Of a DNA stretch of 40,004 bases, positions 27,234 through 36,913 are shown piece after piece (within the stretch, counting starts at the first letter, position 1; each line of letters opens with the position of its first letter). Under the pieces are notes generated by a model that was not told where the DNA came from, did not search any database, and was given only the letters and a program-made list of their open reading frames with translations. This DNA comes from Candidatus Phycocordibacter aenigmaticus (GTDB taxonomy: Bacteria > Patescibacteriota > Minisyncoccia > Phycocordibacterales > UBA2163): the NCBI GenBank assembly GCA_002327585.1, contig DCWL01000002.1:1-40004 (forward strand), read 5' to 3'. Made by a program: the position numbers and the translations under genes.

Positions 27234-29126
27234 TTAGATACTCAATAATACGGGTATAACCAACGGTTTTTTGTTCGTTTTTTGGAACAGAAACATGCTT
27301 ACCGAGTCTGTGAGTTGAGCCTTTACATAGTCAAAATTTATAGGTCTTGTTCCTGAAGTTGCATCTTCAACGGTTTTCTTTATGAGAACACGTGTCTCTT
27401 GTAAGAGATCCTGCGATTCTCTCAAATAAATGAATCCTCTCGAGATGATGTCAGGGGATTTTCGTAGTTTTCCTGTCTTTAGGTTTATCGTTGCGATAAT
27501 GACGAACATTCCGTCTTGGGCAAGCATCTTTCTGTCACGAATTACAACTTCTTGAATATCTCCGATTGCAAGACCATCAACCATCACGACCCCTGACGGC
27601 GCCTTCTCCTTGAGTGTCTTAATTGTTTTTCCTTTATTTCCTATTTCTATCACGGCGCCATTTCCTTTCGGTACCACTATATTTTCTTCTTTCATAACTC
27701 CAGCATCCATAACGATTTGTGCATGGACTCGAAGCATTGAATAAAATCCATATGCAGGAATAAAAAATTTTGCGCCTACCGTCTTGTTTACCCATATAAG
27801 CTCTTCAGCATTGCCGTGGCCCGTGGAATGAACATCGGAAACTTTGTAATGAATGATTTTGACACCGTGTCGGTAGAGATTATCTTTTAATTTCTGCACA
27901 CCCATTTCATTTCCGGGAACTATTGATGATGAGAGCACTATCGTGTCTCTTTTATTGAGTGCAATATACTTGTGCTTTTTATTTGCAATACGCATAAGTG
28001 CAGCGAATTCCTCACCTTGTGCGCCGGTGGCAAGCACGACTATCTTATTAACAGGATATTTCCCTATATCCTGCGCGGGAATTATCGTACCTTTTTTTGG
28101 TTTCAGAATTCCTGCAAGCTGTGCTATCTCTATATTTGTTTTAATGCTTCTACCTTCCGTTATGATTTTCTTTCCATATTTTTCTGCAATTTGCACTATT
28201 TTTATTATTCTCTCAAACTGTGACGCGAAAGTTCCTATAATAAGGCGGCTTGGAACATCTTTTATAATACCTTCTATATTTTTGTGTATTCTGCTTTCTG
28301 TAATTGAGAATCCAGGATTTTCAACGTTTGTTGAGTCGGAGATAAAGAGCAGATTGTTCTGTTTGCCTATATTCTCCCATACTTTTTTCTCCGCGTCTGT
28401 CGGCTCACCGTCAATATGGTCTAATTTAAGGTCTCCAGTAATAACAATATTTCCATACGGCGTTTCAACGGAAGCACTCATCGCATCTGGGATAGAGTGT
28501 GTTATCGGGTGAAATTCTATCGGCAGATTTCCAAGATTTATCTTATCGCCAGGCTCAACCACTCTTATATCAAGCTTCGGAAGTTCAGGAAACTCGCTCT
28601 GCCTCTTTTTTATCATCATGGATGTCAGCGAGCGGGTGTAGATACTGGGATTTCCAATTCTCTCCATTATATATGGGATTCCTCCGATGTGGTCGAGATG
28701 ACCGTGTGTTATGACAACTCCGCGAATTTTCTCTTTTCGCTCCTCAAGATATTTTGTATTTGGAAGAATGTAGTCGATGCCAGGCGTGTCTTCTTCCGTC
28801 ACAAACTGAAATCCCACATCAAAGACAATGATATCGTTTTTGTATTCAACGACAGTCATATTTTTTCCGACTTCCTCAACACCTCCGAGTGGCACTATCC
28901 TTACATTCTCTCCTGAAGCAGGTATTACATCCTCCTTCTTTTTGGGAGTTAGCTGTGGCATATTTTTTCTCATCATATATGTTCTTCCACTTGACTGCCC
29001 ACCTGCGCCTGTTCGTGCAGGCGGGCGGTTCCGTCTGTATGTACCTCTTGCACCAGAAGACTTGCCTGCACGGTAAGGTCTTCTTGAAGGAGTTTGTCTC
29101 TGTCCTGTATTGTCTCTATGTATCAT
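27234..29126 (-). CDS. rnj: ribonuclease J with Arg/Gly-rich N-terminal extension
   Basis: PLGGVEEVGKN, THGHLDHIG, HSIPD, SDSTN, VHSTGH. Confidence 0.95.
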   Translation of the reverse strand: MIHRDNTGQRQTPSRRPYRAGKSSGARGTYRRNRPPARTGAGGQSSGRTYMMRKNMPQLTPKKKEDVIPASGENVRIVPLGGVEEVGKNMTVVEYKNDIIVFDVGFQFVTEEDTPGIDYILPNTKYLEERKEKIRGVVITHGHLDHIGGIPYIMERIGNPSIYTRSLTSMMIKKRQSEFPELPKLDIRVVEPGDKINLGNLPIEFHPITHSIPDAMSASVETPYGNIVITGDLKLDHIDGEPTDAEKKVWENIGKQNNLLFISDSTNVENPGFSITESRIHKNIEGIIKDVPSRLIIGTFASQFERIIKIVQIAEKYGKKIITEGRSIKTNIEIAQLAGILKPKKGTIIPAQDIGKYPVNKIVVLATGAQGEEFAALMRIANKKHKYIALNKRDTIVLSSSIVPGNEMGVQKLKDNLYRHGVKIIHYKVSDVHSTGHGNAEELIWVNKTVGAKFFIPAYGFYSMLRVHAQIVMDAGVMKEENIVVPKGNGAVIEIGNKGKTIKTLKEKAPSGVVMVDGLAIGDIQEVVIRDRKMLAQDGMFVIIATINLKTGKLRKSPDIISRGFIYLRESQDLLQETRVLIKKTVEDATSGTRPINFDYVKAQLTDSVSMFLFQKTNKKPLVIPVLLSI

Positions 29127-29137
29127 AATTTAATGGA

Positions 29138-30898
29138 TTAATCAAAAAAGTTCCAAACTTTATCAGCCTCTATGTACCACTCGTGAACATTAAGGAATCG
29201 TTCTCCAGGTGTTGCTACTGCCCCGAGTTTAAATGCTTTTATTTTTTTTGGGATTATATAAATGAAATCTGGTGAGTATACAAACACTGCAGGGATATCC
29301 TTATCAATTTCATCTTCGAACTTTCTATAATTATCAATCATAACATTTCTGTCGGTCGCTGTGCGAGCATCTCCAAGCAGTTTGTCCGCAGTAATATTTG
29401 CGTAAAGGGCTATATTGAGCCCTGGATCATTTCTCTGCGATGAATGCCAGAATGCAAAAAGGTCAAGTTCGCGACTTATTATCTCGCCGAACAGAAGAGC
29501 GTCATACTTGCGGGGACGAATTACATTCTGGTTAAGATCGCCTGCTTCAAATACTTTAAGGGAAACTTCGACTCCTATATCATTCCACTGCCGCGCTATT
29601 ATCTCCGCTGCCGCCTTCAGTTCCGGCGTATTTGAAGTAGAGAGAGAGAAACGCAACTGACTTTCTTCTTTTTTTGTTTTTTTCTCCCATATTCCAGATT
29701 CTTCGCCCAATTTCCATCCGCCGCTTTCAAGCATCTCTATTGCAAGATTTTTTCTTTTCTCCAGATTGCTCGTTTTTTGCCTACGGACTTTCTCTCTTGC
29801 GGACCCTAACACTCCTGGCGGAATAGGCCCGTCAATATCCGTGCCGTATCCTCCGAGGACTTCCTGTACGATTTCCTTTTTGTTGAGTACTGTATCAAGT
29901 GCGAGCCGGACTTCCTTGTTTGTAAAAATCTGAGCCTCGTTCTGGTTGAAGAATACCGCAAATATTCTCGGAAGAGGGGATCTCTCAATACGCGCGCCGA
30001 GCTTTTCAAGTCCCTCGAGCTTGTCAGGAGAAATACTGTTTATGCCGTCAACTTCGCCTTTTTTGTATCCTTCAAGCAAATCATTTTCGCTTGAATAAAA
30101 AACAATCCTGACATTTGAGATGTTAGGCTCTCCGAGTGCATACCTACTGAAAGATTCGAGCTCGTAAGACTCTGGTGTTCCTCCAGAATTATATTTTATT
30201 TTTTTTATTTTATATGGTCCGCTTCCAACCGGCTCATTGTTGAACTTGCTGAAAGGAAACTGCCCTGTTCCCGCTTTTACCCAAATGTGTTTTGGAAGTA
30301 TGCCCAAAGTGGCATTCTCAAGAAAAGGTCCATACGGCTGTTTTAGAATGAAACGGATCTCTCTCTCACTTATCTTCTCCACGGTAACGCCGTCCCAGCT
30401 CGCACGCTTACTGCTTTTAAGACTTGGATCTTGAGCTTTTTGCACCGTAAATACAATATCATCTGCGGTTACTCTCACTCTGTCGTGGAAGAATATATCA
30501 TCCCTTAAAGTGAAATCATATGTAAATCCGTCCTCTGAAACAGAGTAGCTTTCAGCCAAATCCTCAATAAGTTCGCCTTCAGGTGTGGCCTTCAAAAGAC
30601 CTGAATAGACAAGAGCAGTCAAATCTCTGTCTGTATCTGAATTTTCAAGAAGTGGATTGATGAATCTTGGAGAGCCGATGATTCCTTCAGTGAAACTTCC
30701 GCCATGTGCCGGCACTTCAACAAGGAAAAATTTATTTATATTAGAGAGTATCAGAATAAAGCTCCCGATAAAGAGTGCTACCAACAGGAAAAACAGCATC
30801 TTCTCTGCTGGTGAGAATGTTCCAATGCTTTTCTGTATTGACTCTTCTCTCGGAATTGAGAAGCTCTTTTCCAATATCTGGCGATATTTTTCTTTCAT
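29138..30898 (-). CDS. family-5 (peptide/OppA-like) ABC substrate-binding protein, membrane-anchored
   Basis: EGIIGSPRFINP, DLAESYSVSEDG, VTADDIVFT, PVGSGPY. Confidence 0.88.
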   Translation of the reverse strand: MKEKYRQILEKSFSIPREESIQKSIGTFSPAEKMLFFLLVALFIGSFILILSNINKFFLVEVPAHGGSFTEGIIGSPRFINPLLENSDTDRDLTALVYSGLLKATPEGELIEDLAESYSVSEDGFTYDFTLRDDIFFHDRVRVTADDIVFTVQKAQDPSLKSSKRASWDGVTVEKISEREIRFILKQPYGPFLENATLGILPKHIWVKAGTGQFPFSKFNNEPVGSGPYKIKKIKYNSGGTPESYELESFSRYALGEPNISNVRIVFYSSENDLLEGYKKGEVDGINSISPDKLEGLEKLGARIERSPLPRIFAVFFNQNEAQIFTNKEVRLALDTVLNKKEIVQEVLGGYGTDIDGPIPPGVLGSAREKVRRQKTSNLEKRKNLAIEMLESGGWKLGEESGIWEKKTKKEESQLRFSLSTSNTPELKAAAEIIARQWNDIGVEVSLKVFEAGDLNQNVIRPRKYDALLFGEIISRELDLFAFWHSSQRNDPGLNIALYANITADKLLGDARTATDRNVMIDNYRKFEDEIDKDIPAVFVYSPDFIYIIPKKIKAFKLGAVATPGERFLNVHEWYIEADKVWNFFD

Positions 30899-30967
30899 TA
30901 GAATTTTTATGCGGGAAAAAGTTTTTCCTCGTCTGCGTAGCAGAGAGGTACGACTTTGAAGAGCGCA

Positions 30968-31198
30968 TTAGATGATTAGTGCCATAAAAGCCGTAACTCC
31001 AAAAAGTACAGCGATTATGATTGTCGCATTGAATAAAAGTTTTTCAAATCCTCGTCTTTTGTGAAATCCGGCGCTGAAGTTGTCTCCGCCGAATGCGCCA
31101 CCGAGGCTTGAACCGGTCTGCTGCAGTATGACTGCCCCTATGAGAATTATGGACAGGACAATCTGTGCATACGGAAGTAATTCAACCACTGTGTTCAT
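30968..31198 (-). CDS. secG: preprotein translocase subunit SecG
   Basis: ILQQTGSSLGGAFGG…RRGFEKLLF; start reassigned to MNTVV. Confidence 0.92.
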   Translation of the reverse strand: MNTVVELLPYAQIVLSIILIGAVILQQTGSSLGGAFGGDNFSAGFHKRRGFEKLLFNATIIIAVLFGVTAFMALII

Positions 31199-31335
31199 AT
31201 ATAAAAGCCAGTATATCAGATATGCAAAAAATATCAACCCCACCTGCGTAGGTTTTCCACATTTGACACTCTTTTCTTTTTTTACCCAATAAGTTATTAT
31301 TGTAGTGTCTAATATTAATATTCTAGATTTTAAAT

Positions 31336-31827
31336 ATGAAAAAATTAAGTAAAAATAAGAAGACAGCAATATTTGTATCACTCGCCGTAATCCTGTTTTT
31401 CTTCGCGACTGCTTCTGTTATCGACTTTATTTCAAATAGCACGGGAGAGGAAAGTGCAGCTTTGGGTGAGTTATTCGAAAGTGAAGAATCCCCATCAGTA
31501 AATGATTTACTTATTTCAGATACAGTTCTTGGAGAAGGTGCGGAGGCGGTATCGGGTAAAATAATAACAGTGCATTACACGGGAACGCTTATGGACGGCA
31601 CAAAGTTTGATAGTTCGCTTGACCGTGGGGCGCCATTTAAATTTATCCTCGGCGCAGGACAGGTTATACAAGGATGGGAGCAAGGATTTGCGGGAATGAA
31701 AGTCGGAGGCAAGAGAAAACTTGTTATACCTCCACAGCTTGGATATGGTGATCAAGCGATAGGTTCAATACCGGCAAACTCAATTCTTGTTTTTGATGTT
31801 GAATTACTTGATGTAGAAAATCAGTAG
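31336..31827 (+). CDS. FKBP-type peptidyl-prolyl isomerase with N-terminal TM/signal
   Basis: [52 protein letters not shown]. Confidence 0.95.
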   Translation: MKKLSKNKKTAIFVSLAVILFFFATASVIDFISNSTGEESAALGELFESEESPSVNDLLISDTVLGEGAEAVSGKIITVHYTGTLMDGTKFDSSLDRGAPFKFILGAGQVIQGWEQGFAGMKVGGKRKLVIPPQLGYGDQAIGSIPANSILVFDVELLDVENQ

Positions 31828-31851
31828 AACTTCCGTAGTCATAAATAATAT

Positions 31852-31882
31852 AAAATACTACTGGATATGCCAGTAGTATTTT
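31852..31882. terminator. 13-bp perfect inverted repeat (FKBP terminator, abutting the uvrB promoter)
   Basis: AAAATACTACTGG-atatg-CCAGTAGTATTTT. Confidence 0.7.
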
Positions 31883-31896
31883 GTTATGTTTGATTT

Positions 31897-33915
31897 ATGA
31901 AAAATAGATTTAAGTTAAGATCGGATTTTAAGCCAGAGGGGGATCAGCCGAAAGCTATTAAAGCACTTGTGAATGGCATTAAGAAAGGTGAACGGCACCA
32001 GACACTTTTGGGTGTGACTGGAAGTGGTAAGACTTTTACCATCGCAAATGTTATTGAAAAAGTTGGAAAGCCCACACTTGTTTTAGCGCATAATAAAACT
32101 CTTGCTGCGCAGTTGGCGCAGGAATATCGGGAGTTTTTTCCGGATGCCGCAGTGCATTACTTCGTCTCTTATTACGATTATTATCAACCAGAAGCGTATC
32201 TTCCTGTGACAGATACATATATTGAGAAAGAAACACAGATTAATGAAGAGATTGACCGCCTACGGCATGCCGCAACGCAGGCACTTTTGACGCGAGAAGA
32301 TGTAATTGTAGTTGCATCGGTTTCAGCAATTTACGGACTCGGTAATCCTGCCCAATACGAGAAAGTGAATATAAAGATTGAGAAGGGAATGAAAATAACA
32401 AGAGCTGAATTTATCCGTAAGCTTGTGAACATCTATTTTGAACGCACAAACTCTGATTTAAACCCCGGCAAATTCAGGGCAATCGGAAACACGATTGAAA
32501 TAATGCCCGTTAATGAAAAAGTAATCTACCGCATAGAACTTGAACAAAGCCAGATTTTGCTCATTGAGAGGATTGATGCAATCTCAAGGAGTATTTTGGA
32601 GAAGAATATTAAATCGTTCTTTCTATTTCCCGCCAAGCATTTTATAACCCCTGAGGATGAAAGAAAAAGAGCAATTGTCGATATTGAGGAAGAACTAAAA
32701 GACCGTCTTGCAGAATTAAAAAGAGCCGGGAAAATCCTTGAACCTGAGAGATTGAAGCGAAGAACTAACTATGATTTGGCTCTTATTCGAGAGATTGGCT
32801 ACACAAGCGGAATTGAGAATTATTCTCGCCATTTTGACGGACGGGAAGTTGGAGAGCCGCCATACACCCTTTTATCTTATTTCCCAGACAAGTTTCTAAC
32901 AGTTATTGATGAGTCGCATGTTACTGTGCCTCAGCTTGAAGGAATGTATGCAGGAGACAGATCAAGAAAAAAGACGCTGATTGAACATGGCTTCCGCTTG
33001 CTCTCCGCACTTGATAACAGACCTTTGAATTTTGAAGAATTTGAAGAGAGAGTCAGACAAACTATTTATACATCAGCAACTCCAGGTGAGTATGAGACGG
33101 AAAACAGCAAAAATATCGTGGAGCAGGTAATAAGGCCGACCGGACTTGTTGACCCGCAGATTGATGTTCGGCCAATAACAGACGCGCGGCATACGGTTGG
33201 ACGTCGCATATCCAACTATGGCGGACAAGTTAGTGACTTTATAAAAGAAACAGAAAGAGCGATAAAGGAAAAAGGGCGTGTAATTGCAACAACACTTACA
33301 AAAAAGATGTCAGAAGACTTATCGGAGTATTTGAAAGAGAAGGGAATTAAAGCGGAGTATCTTCACAGTGATATAAAGACACTAAACAGAATTGAAATCC
33401 TGACCAACTTCAGGAAAGGCAAGTTCGATGTATTGGTGGGAGTAAATCTTCTGCGCGAAGGGCTTGACCTGCCAGAAGTTGTTTTAATTGGGATACTTGA
33501 TGCTGACAAGGAAGGTTTCTTGCGCTCAGAGACGAGCCTGATACAGACCATAGGACGTGCGGCAAGAAATGTTTCAGGCAGAGTGATTCTTTATGCTGAC
33601 AGTGTAACCGGTTCAATGAAGCGTGCTATAGATGAGACAAACAGAAGAAGGAAATTACAACTGTCATATAACAAAAAGCATGACATCACTCCAAAAACCA
33701 TAACGAAAAGTATCAAGGACATCACTGATCAGATAAGGACGGAACATCAGAAGTCCGTTGAGACGCTTCTTACAATAGATAGAGAACTATACAAAAAAAA
33801 TCCGAAAAAACTTATAAAAGAAAAAGAAAAAGCAATGAATGAAGCTGTGAAAATCCTTGATTTTGAAACAGCGGCAATAGTACGGGACGAAATCAAAGCA
33901 TTGACAAAAAGATAA
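31897..33915 (+). CDS. uvrB: excinuclease ABC subunit B
   Basis: GVTGSGKT, YYDYYQPEAY, IDESH, NLLREGLD, QTIGRAARN. Confidence 0.97.
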   Translation: MKNRFKLRSDFKPEGDQPKAIKALVNGIKKGERHQTLLGVTGSGKTFTIANVIEKVGKPTLVLAHNKTLAAQLAQEYREFFPDAAVHYFVSYYDYYQPEAYLPVTDTYIEKETQINEEIDRLRHAATQALLTREDVIVVASVSAIYGLGNPAQYEKVNIKIEKGMKITRAEFIRKLVNIYFERTNSDLNPGKFRAIGNTIEIMPVNEKVIYRIELEQSQILLIERIDAISRSILEKNIKSFFLFPAKHFITPEDERKRAIVDIEEELKDRLAELKRAGKILEPERLKRRTNYDLALIREIGYTSGIENYSRHFDGREVGEPPYTLLSYFPDKFLTVIDESHVTVPQLEGMYAGDRSRKKTLIEHGFRLLSALDNRPLNFEEFEERVRQTIYTSATPGEYETENSKNIVEQVIRPTGLVDPQIDVRPITDARHTVGRRISNYGGQVSDFIKETERAIKEKGRVIATTLTKKMSEDLSEYLKEKGIKAEYLHSDIKTLNRIEILTNFRKGKFDVLVGVNLLREGLDLPEVVLIGILDADKEGFLRSETSLIQTIGRAARNVSGRVILYADSVTGSMKRAIDETNRRRKLQLSYNKKHDITPKTITKSIKDITDQIRTEHQKSVETLLTIDRELYKKNPKKLIKEKEKAMNEAVKILDFETAAIVRDEIKALTKR

Positions 33916-33929
33916 TAATATGCTATTCT
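33901..33929 (+). promoter_or_regulatory. promoter of orphan gene, with -35 inside the uvrB 3' end
   Basis: TTGACA-17-TATTCT with TG extension. Confidence 0.7.
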
Positions 33930-34010
33930 TCTAAAAAATGTAATAACGTTTATTATATTTTTAGAAAGTTCTTTTAATTTTTGAACTTGACTCTGGAGAG
34001 GAGTAAAATA

Positions 34011-34226
34011 ATGTCTGAACAAACAAAATGCCCAACAATTGATGAATTATTCGCTTATGTAAATGGCGAATTGAAAAATCATCAAGAGAGAAGTTTCTCA
34101 ATTGAGAAACATATTTACGGACAAAATGAGGAAGGCAGGAGCAAAAGGTGCAAAGCCTGCCTCAAACATGTCGCTTCATTTAATGGAGCTTCTGAGACAT
34201 TAATAAATTCTATTGAGTATCTGTAA
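34011..34226 (+). CDS. small zf-HC2/anti-sigma (ZAS)-like zinc protein, 71 aa
   Basis: CPT..ELFAYVNGEL…IEKHI…CKAC; SD GGAGAGGAG; ATG 34011. Confidence 0.65.
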   Translation: MSEQTKCPTIDELFAYVNGELKNHQERSFSIEKHIYGQNEEGRSKRCKACLKHVASFNGASETLINSIEYL

Positions 34227-34242
34227 TATTAATTTTATATAC

Positions 34243-34276
34243 AAAGCCCTGAGCTTTTACAGTCAGGGCTTTTCTT
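34243..34276 (+). terminator. intrinsic terminator
   Basis: AAAGCCCTGA…TCAGGGCTTT-TCTT. Confidence 0.78.
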
Positions 34277-34355
34277 ATTGCAAAATTTTATTTTTTATGC
34301 ATAATATTTATATAAATCAATCAATATAACCCCATAGCCTGTCGGCGGGGTTTTT

Positions 34356-36905
34356 ATGCGTATGGAAGATAAAATTAAAATAAAAGGAGCAAAAACACAT
34401 AATCTGAAAAATATAAACGTGGAATTTCCGCGTAATAAACTGGTTGTTTTTACAGGAATTTCCGGCTCAGGCAAGTCATCTCTTGCATTTGATACCATTT
34501 TTGCAGAAGGCCAACGGCGCTATATAGAGTCACTTTCTGCATATGCCAGGCAGTTTCTGCGTCAAATGCAGAAGCCGGATGTTGAGGAGATCACAGGGCT
34601 TTCTCCTGCAATCTCAATTGACCAGAAAAGCAGGTCAAATAATCCGCGTTCAACAGTCGCGACAATAACGGAGATATATGATTATCTGCGTATTTTGTAT
34701 GCAAGAATAGGTAAACCACATTGTCTTATCTGCGGACGGGAAATAAAGAAGCTCTCACATGAAGAAATTTTGGGCACAATTCTGAAAACTGTCAGTACAA
34801 AGAAAGATAAAGGCGTACTGAAAATCTTTGCACCTGTTATAGTCGGAAGAAAGGGGGAATATTATCAGCTTCTCTATGATCTTCTCGGTAAAGGATACAG
34901 CAAAGTGAAAATTGATGGACAATTGAAAAAACTTCGTGAACAAATTGTTCTCTCCAAAAACAAAAAGCATGATATTGATGTGCTTGTTGATGAAATATCT
35001 ATAATCGAATTCAAAGAAGATAAAGCAGGTGCGCTTGAGAGACTCTCAGAAGCAATAGAAAAAGCTCTTGAAGAATCCGACGGGCTTGTAAAAATTCAGG
35101 AGCCAAAAGGTAGAGAGAGAATAATTTCTGCAAAATTTATGTGTCCATATGACGGCTTTTCATTTCCGGAAGTTGAGCCTAGATTATTTTCATTCAACTC
35201 TCCATACGGGGCGTGCGAGCAGTGCAATGGCTTGGGCACAAAGTATTTTTTTGGTTCTGAGGCATGTGATTCATGTAACGGAGCGCGTCTACGACCTGAA
35301 GCACTCGCTGTATATCTTGGAGAAGGAAAGAACATCGTTGATTTAACAAATATGTCCATAAAAAGAGCGCTGGAGTTTTTTGATAGATTGAAACTGACAA
35401 AAAAAGAACAGGAGATTTCAAAAGTTGTAATAAAAGAAGTTACAAATCGTCTGCAGTTTATGATAAATGTTGGTATTGATTATCTGACTCTAAACCGTCG
35501 TGGAGGCACACTCTCCGGAGGAGAGGCGCAAAGAATTCGTCTTGCATCACAGCTTGGCTCCGGCCTTGTTGGGGCGCTTTATGTGCTTGATGAGCCGACA
35601 ATCGGTCTTCACCAGCGAGACAATGATCGCCTTATAAAAACACTTCTTAATTTGCGGGATTTAGGAAACACAATCATTGTCGTTGAACACGATGAAGACA
35701 CTATATATTCTGCTGATCATATTGTGGATCTTGGTCCTGGCGCAGGAATTCACGGAGGAAATGTAGTTGTTTGTGGAGACCTTGAAAAACTGTTGACTAT
35801 GAAAAAAAACAATTCAAAATCCCTGACTCTCGATTATCTGCGTGGTGAGAAAGAAATTTCTATATCAGAGAAACGGAGAACGAGCAATAAAGGTGCGATA
35901 AAAATCCGCGGAGGAAAGAAATTTAATATAAAAAATATGAATATAGATCTGCCTTTAGGTAAGCTCGTCACAGTCACTGGAGTATCTGGCTCGGGGAAGT
36001 CAACATTTATGTATGAGATTTTGCACAAAAATCTTCGCGCAAAATTTGAAAGAAAATACAGAAGCAACAAGACATTCAATGTTACGCGTATTTCAGGCAC
36101 GGAATATCTAGGGCGTTCAATCCTGATTGACCAGTCGCCAATTGGGCGCACTCCGCGCTCAAATCCCGCGACTTACACAGGCGCATTTACATTCATACGC
36201 GAACTTTTTGCATTTACTGCTGAAGCGAGAGCTCGCGGATGGAAAGCGGGAAGATTTTCATTCAATGTAAAGGCTCTGTCTGCGCAGGCGGGAGGACGAT
36301 GCGAAGCGTGCCAGGGCAACGGTACAATTGCAGTTGAAATGCATTTTCTGCCGACCGTATTTGTGAAGTGCGACATATGCGGTGGAAAGCGCTTTACGAA
36401 AGAAACACTTGAAGTTAAATATAAGCACAAGAATATCTATGATGTGCTTAAAATGACGGTTGAAGAAGCGCTAAAATTCTTTGAAGACATTCCAGCAATT
36501 TATGATCGGCTAAAGACACTTAATGATGTCGGGCTTGGATACTTGGAGCTTGGGCAGTCGGCAACAACACTTTCAGGCGGGGAAGCGCAAAGAGTGAAGA
36601 TTTCCTCAGAGCTTTACAGGCCACATTTGGAGAAGACGATTTATCTTCTGGATGAACCAACAATAGGACTCCATTATGAAGATGTGAAGAAACTGATTGA
36701 AATCCTTTGTTCGCTTGTCGCGCGCGGGAACACTGTCGTTGTGATTGAGCATAATATGGATATTATAAAAAACTCTGACTATGTGATTGACATAGGCCCT
36801 GAAGGAGGAGAAAAAGGAGGAGAAATAGTTGCAAAAGGTACACCGGAGGAAGTAGCGCAGTCCAAGAGGTCATATACAGGAGGATATTTGAAGAGAGTGT
36901 TATAA
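34356..36905 (+). CDS. uvrA: excinuclease ABC subunit A (short form)
   Basis: [26 protein letters not shown] twice, RCEACQG. Confidence 0.97.
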   Translation: MRMEDKIKIKGAKTHNLKNINVEFPRNKLVVFTGISGSGKSSLAFDTIFAEGQRRYIESLSAYARQFLRQMQKPDVEEITGLSPAISIDQKSRSNNPRSTVATITEIYDYLRILYARIGKPHCLICGREIKKLSHEEILGTILKTVSTKKDKGVLKIFAPVIVGRKGEYYQLLYDLLGKGYSKVKIDGQLKKLREQIVLSKNKKHDIDVLVDEISIIEFKEDKAGALERLSEAIEKALEESDGLVKIQEPKGRERIISAKFMCPYDGFSFPEVEPRLFSFNSPYGACEQCNGLGTKYFFGSEACDSCNGARLRPEALAVYLGEGKNIVDLTNMSIKRALEFFDRLKLTKKEQEISKVVIKEVTNRLQFMINVGIDYLTLNRRGGTLSGGEAQRIRLASQLGSGLVGALYVLDEPTIGLHQRDNDRLIKTLLNLRDLGNTIIVVEHDEDTIYSADHIVDLGPGAGIHGGNVVVCGDLEKLLTMKKNNSKSLTLDYLRGEKEISISEKRRTSNKGAIKIRGGKKFNIKNMNIDLPLGKLVTVTGVSGSGKSTFMYEILHKNLRAKFERKYRSNKTFNVTRISGTEYLGRSILIDQSPIGRTPRSNPATYTGAFTFIRELFAFTAEARARGWKAGRFSFNVKALSAQAGGRCEACQGNGTIAVEMHFLPTVFVKCDICGGKRFTKETLEVKYKHKNIYDVLKMTVEEALKFFEDIPAIYDRLKTLNDVGLGYLELGQSATTLSGGEAQRVKISSELYRPHLEKTIYLLDEPTIGLHYEDVKKLIEILCSLVARGNTVVVIEHNMDIIKNSDYVIDIGPEGGEKGGEIVAKGTPEEVAQSKRSYTGGYLKRVL

Positions 36906-36913
36906 TTCTATTT

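Noticed and set aside
10230-31261. Scattered DnaA-box-like 9-mers (about 10230, 17232, 31253) as oriC
   Set aside because: Isolated, mostly mismatched, not clustered, and no dnaA/dnaN nearby.
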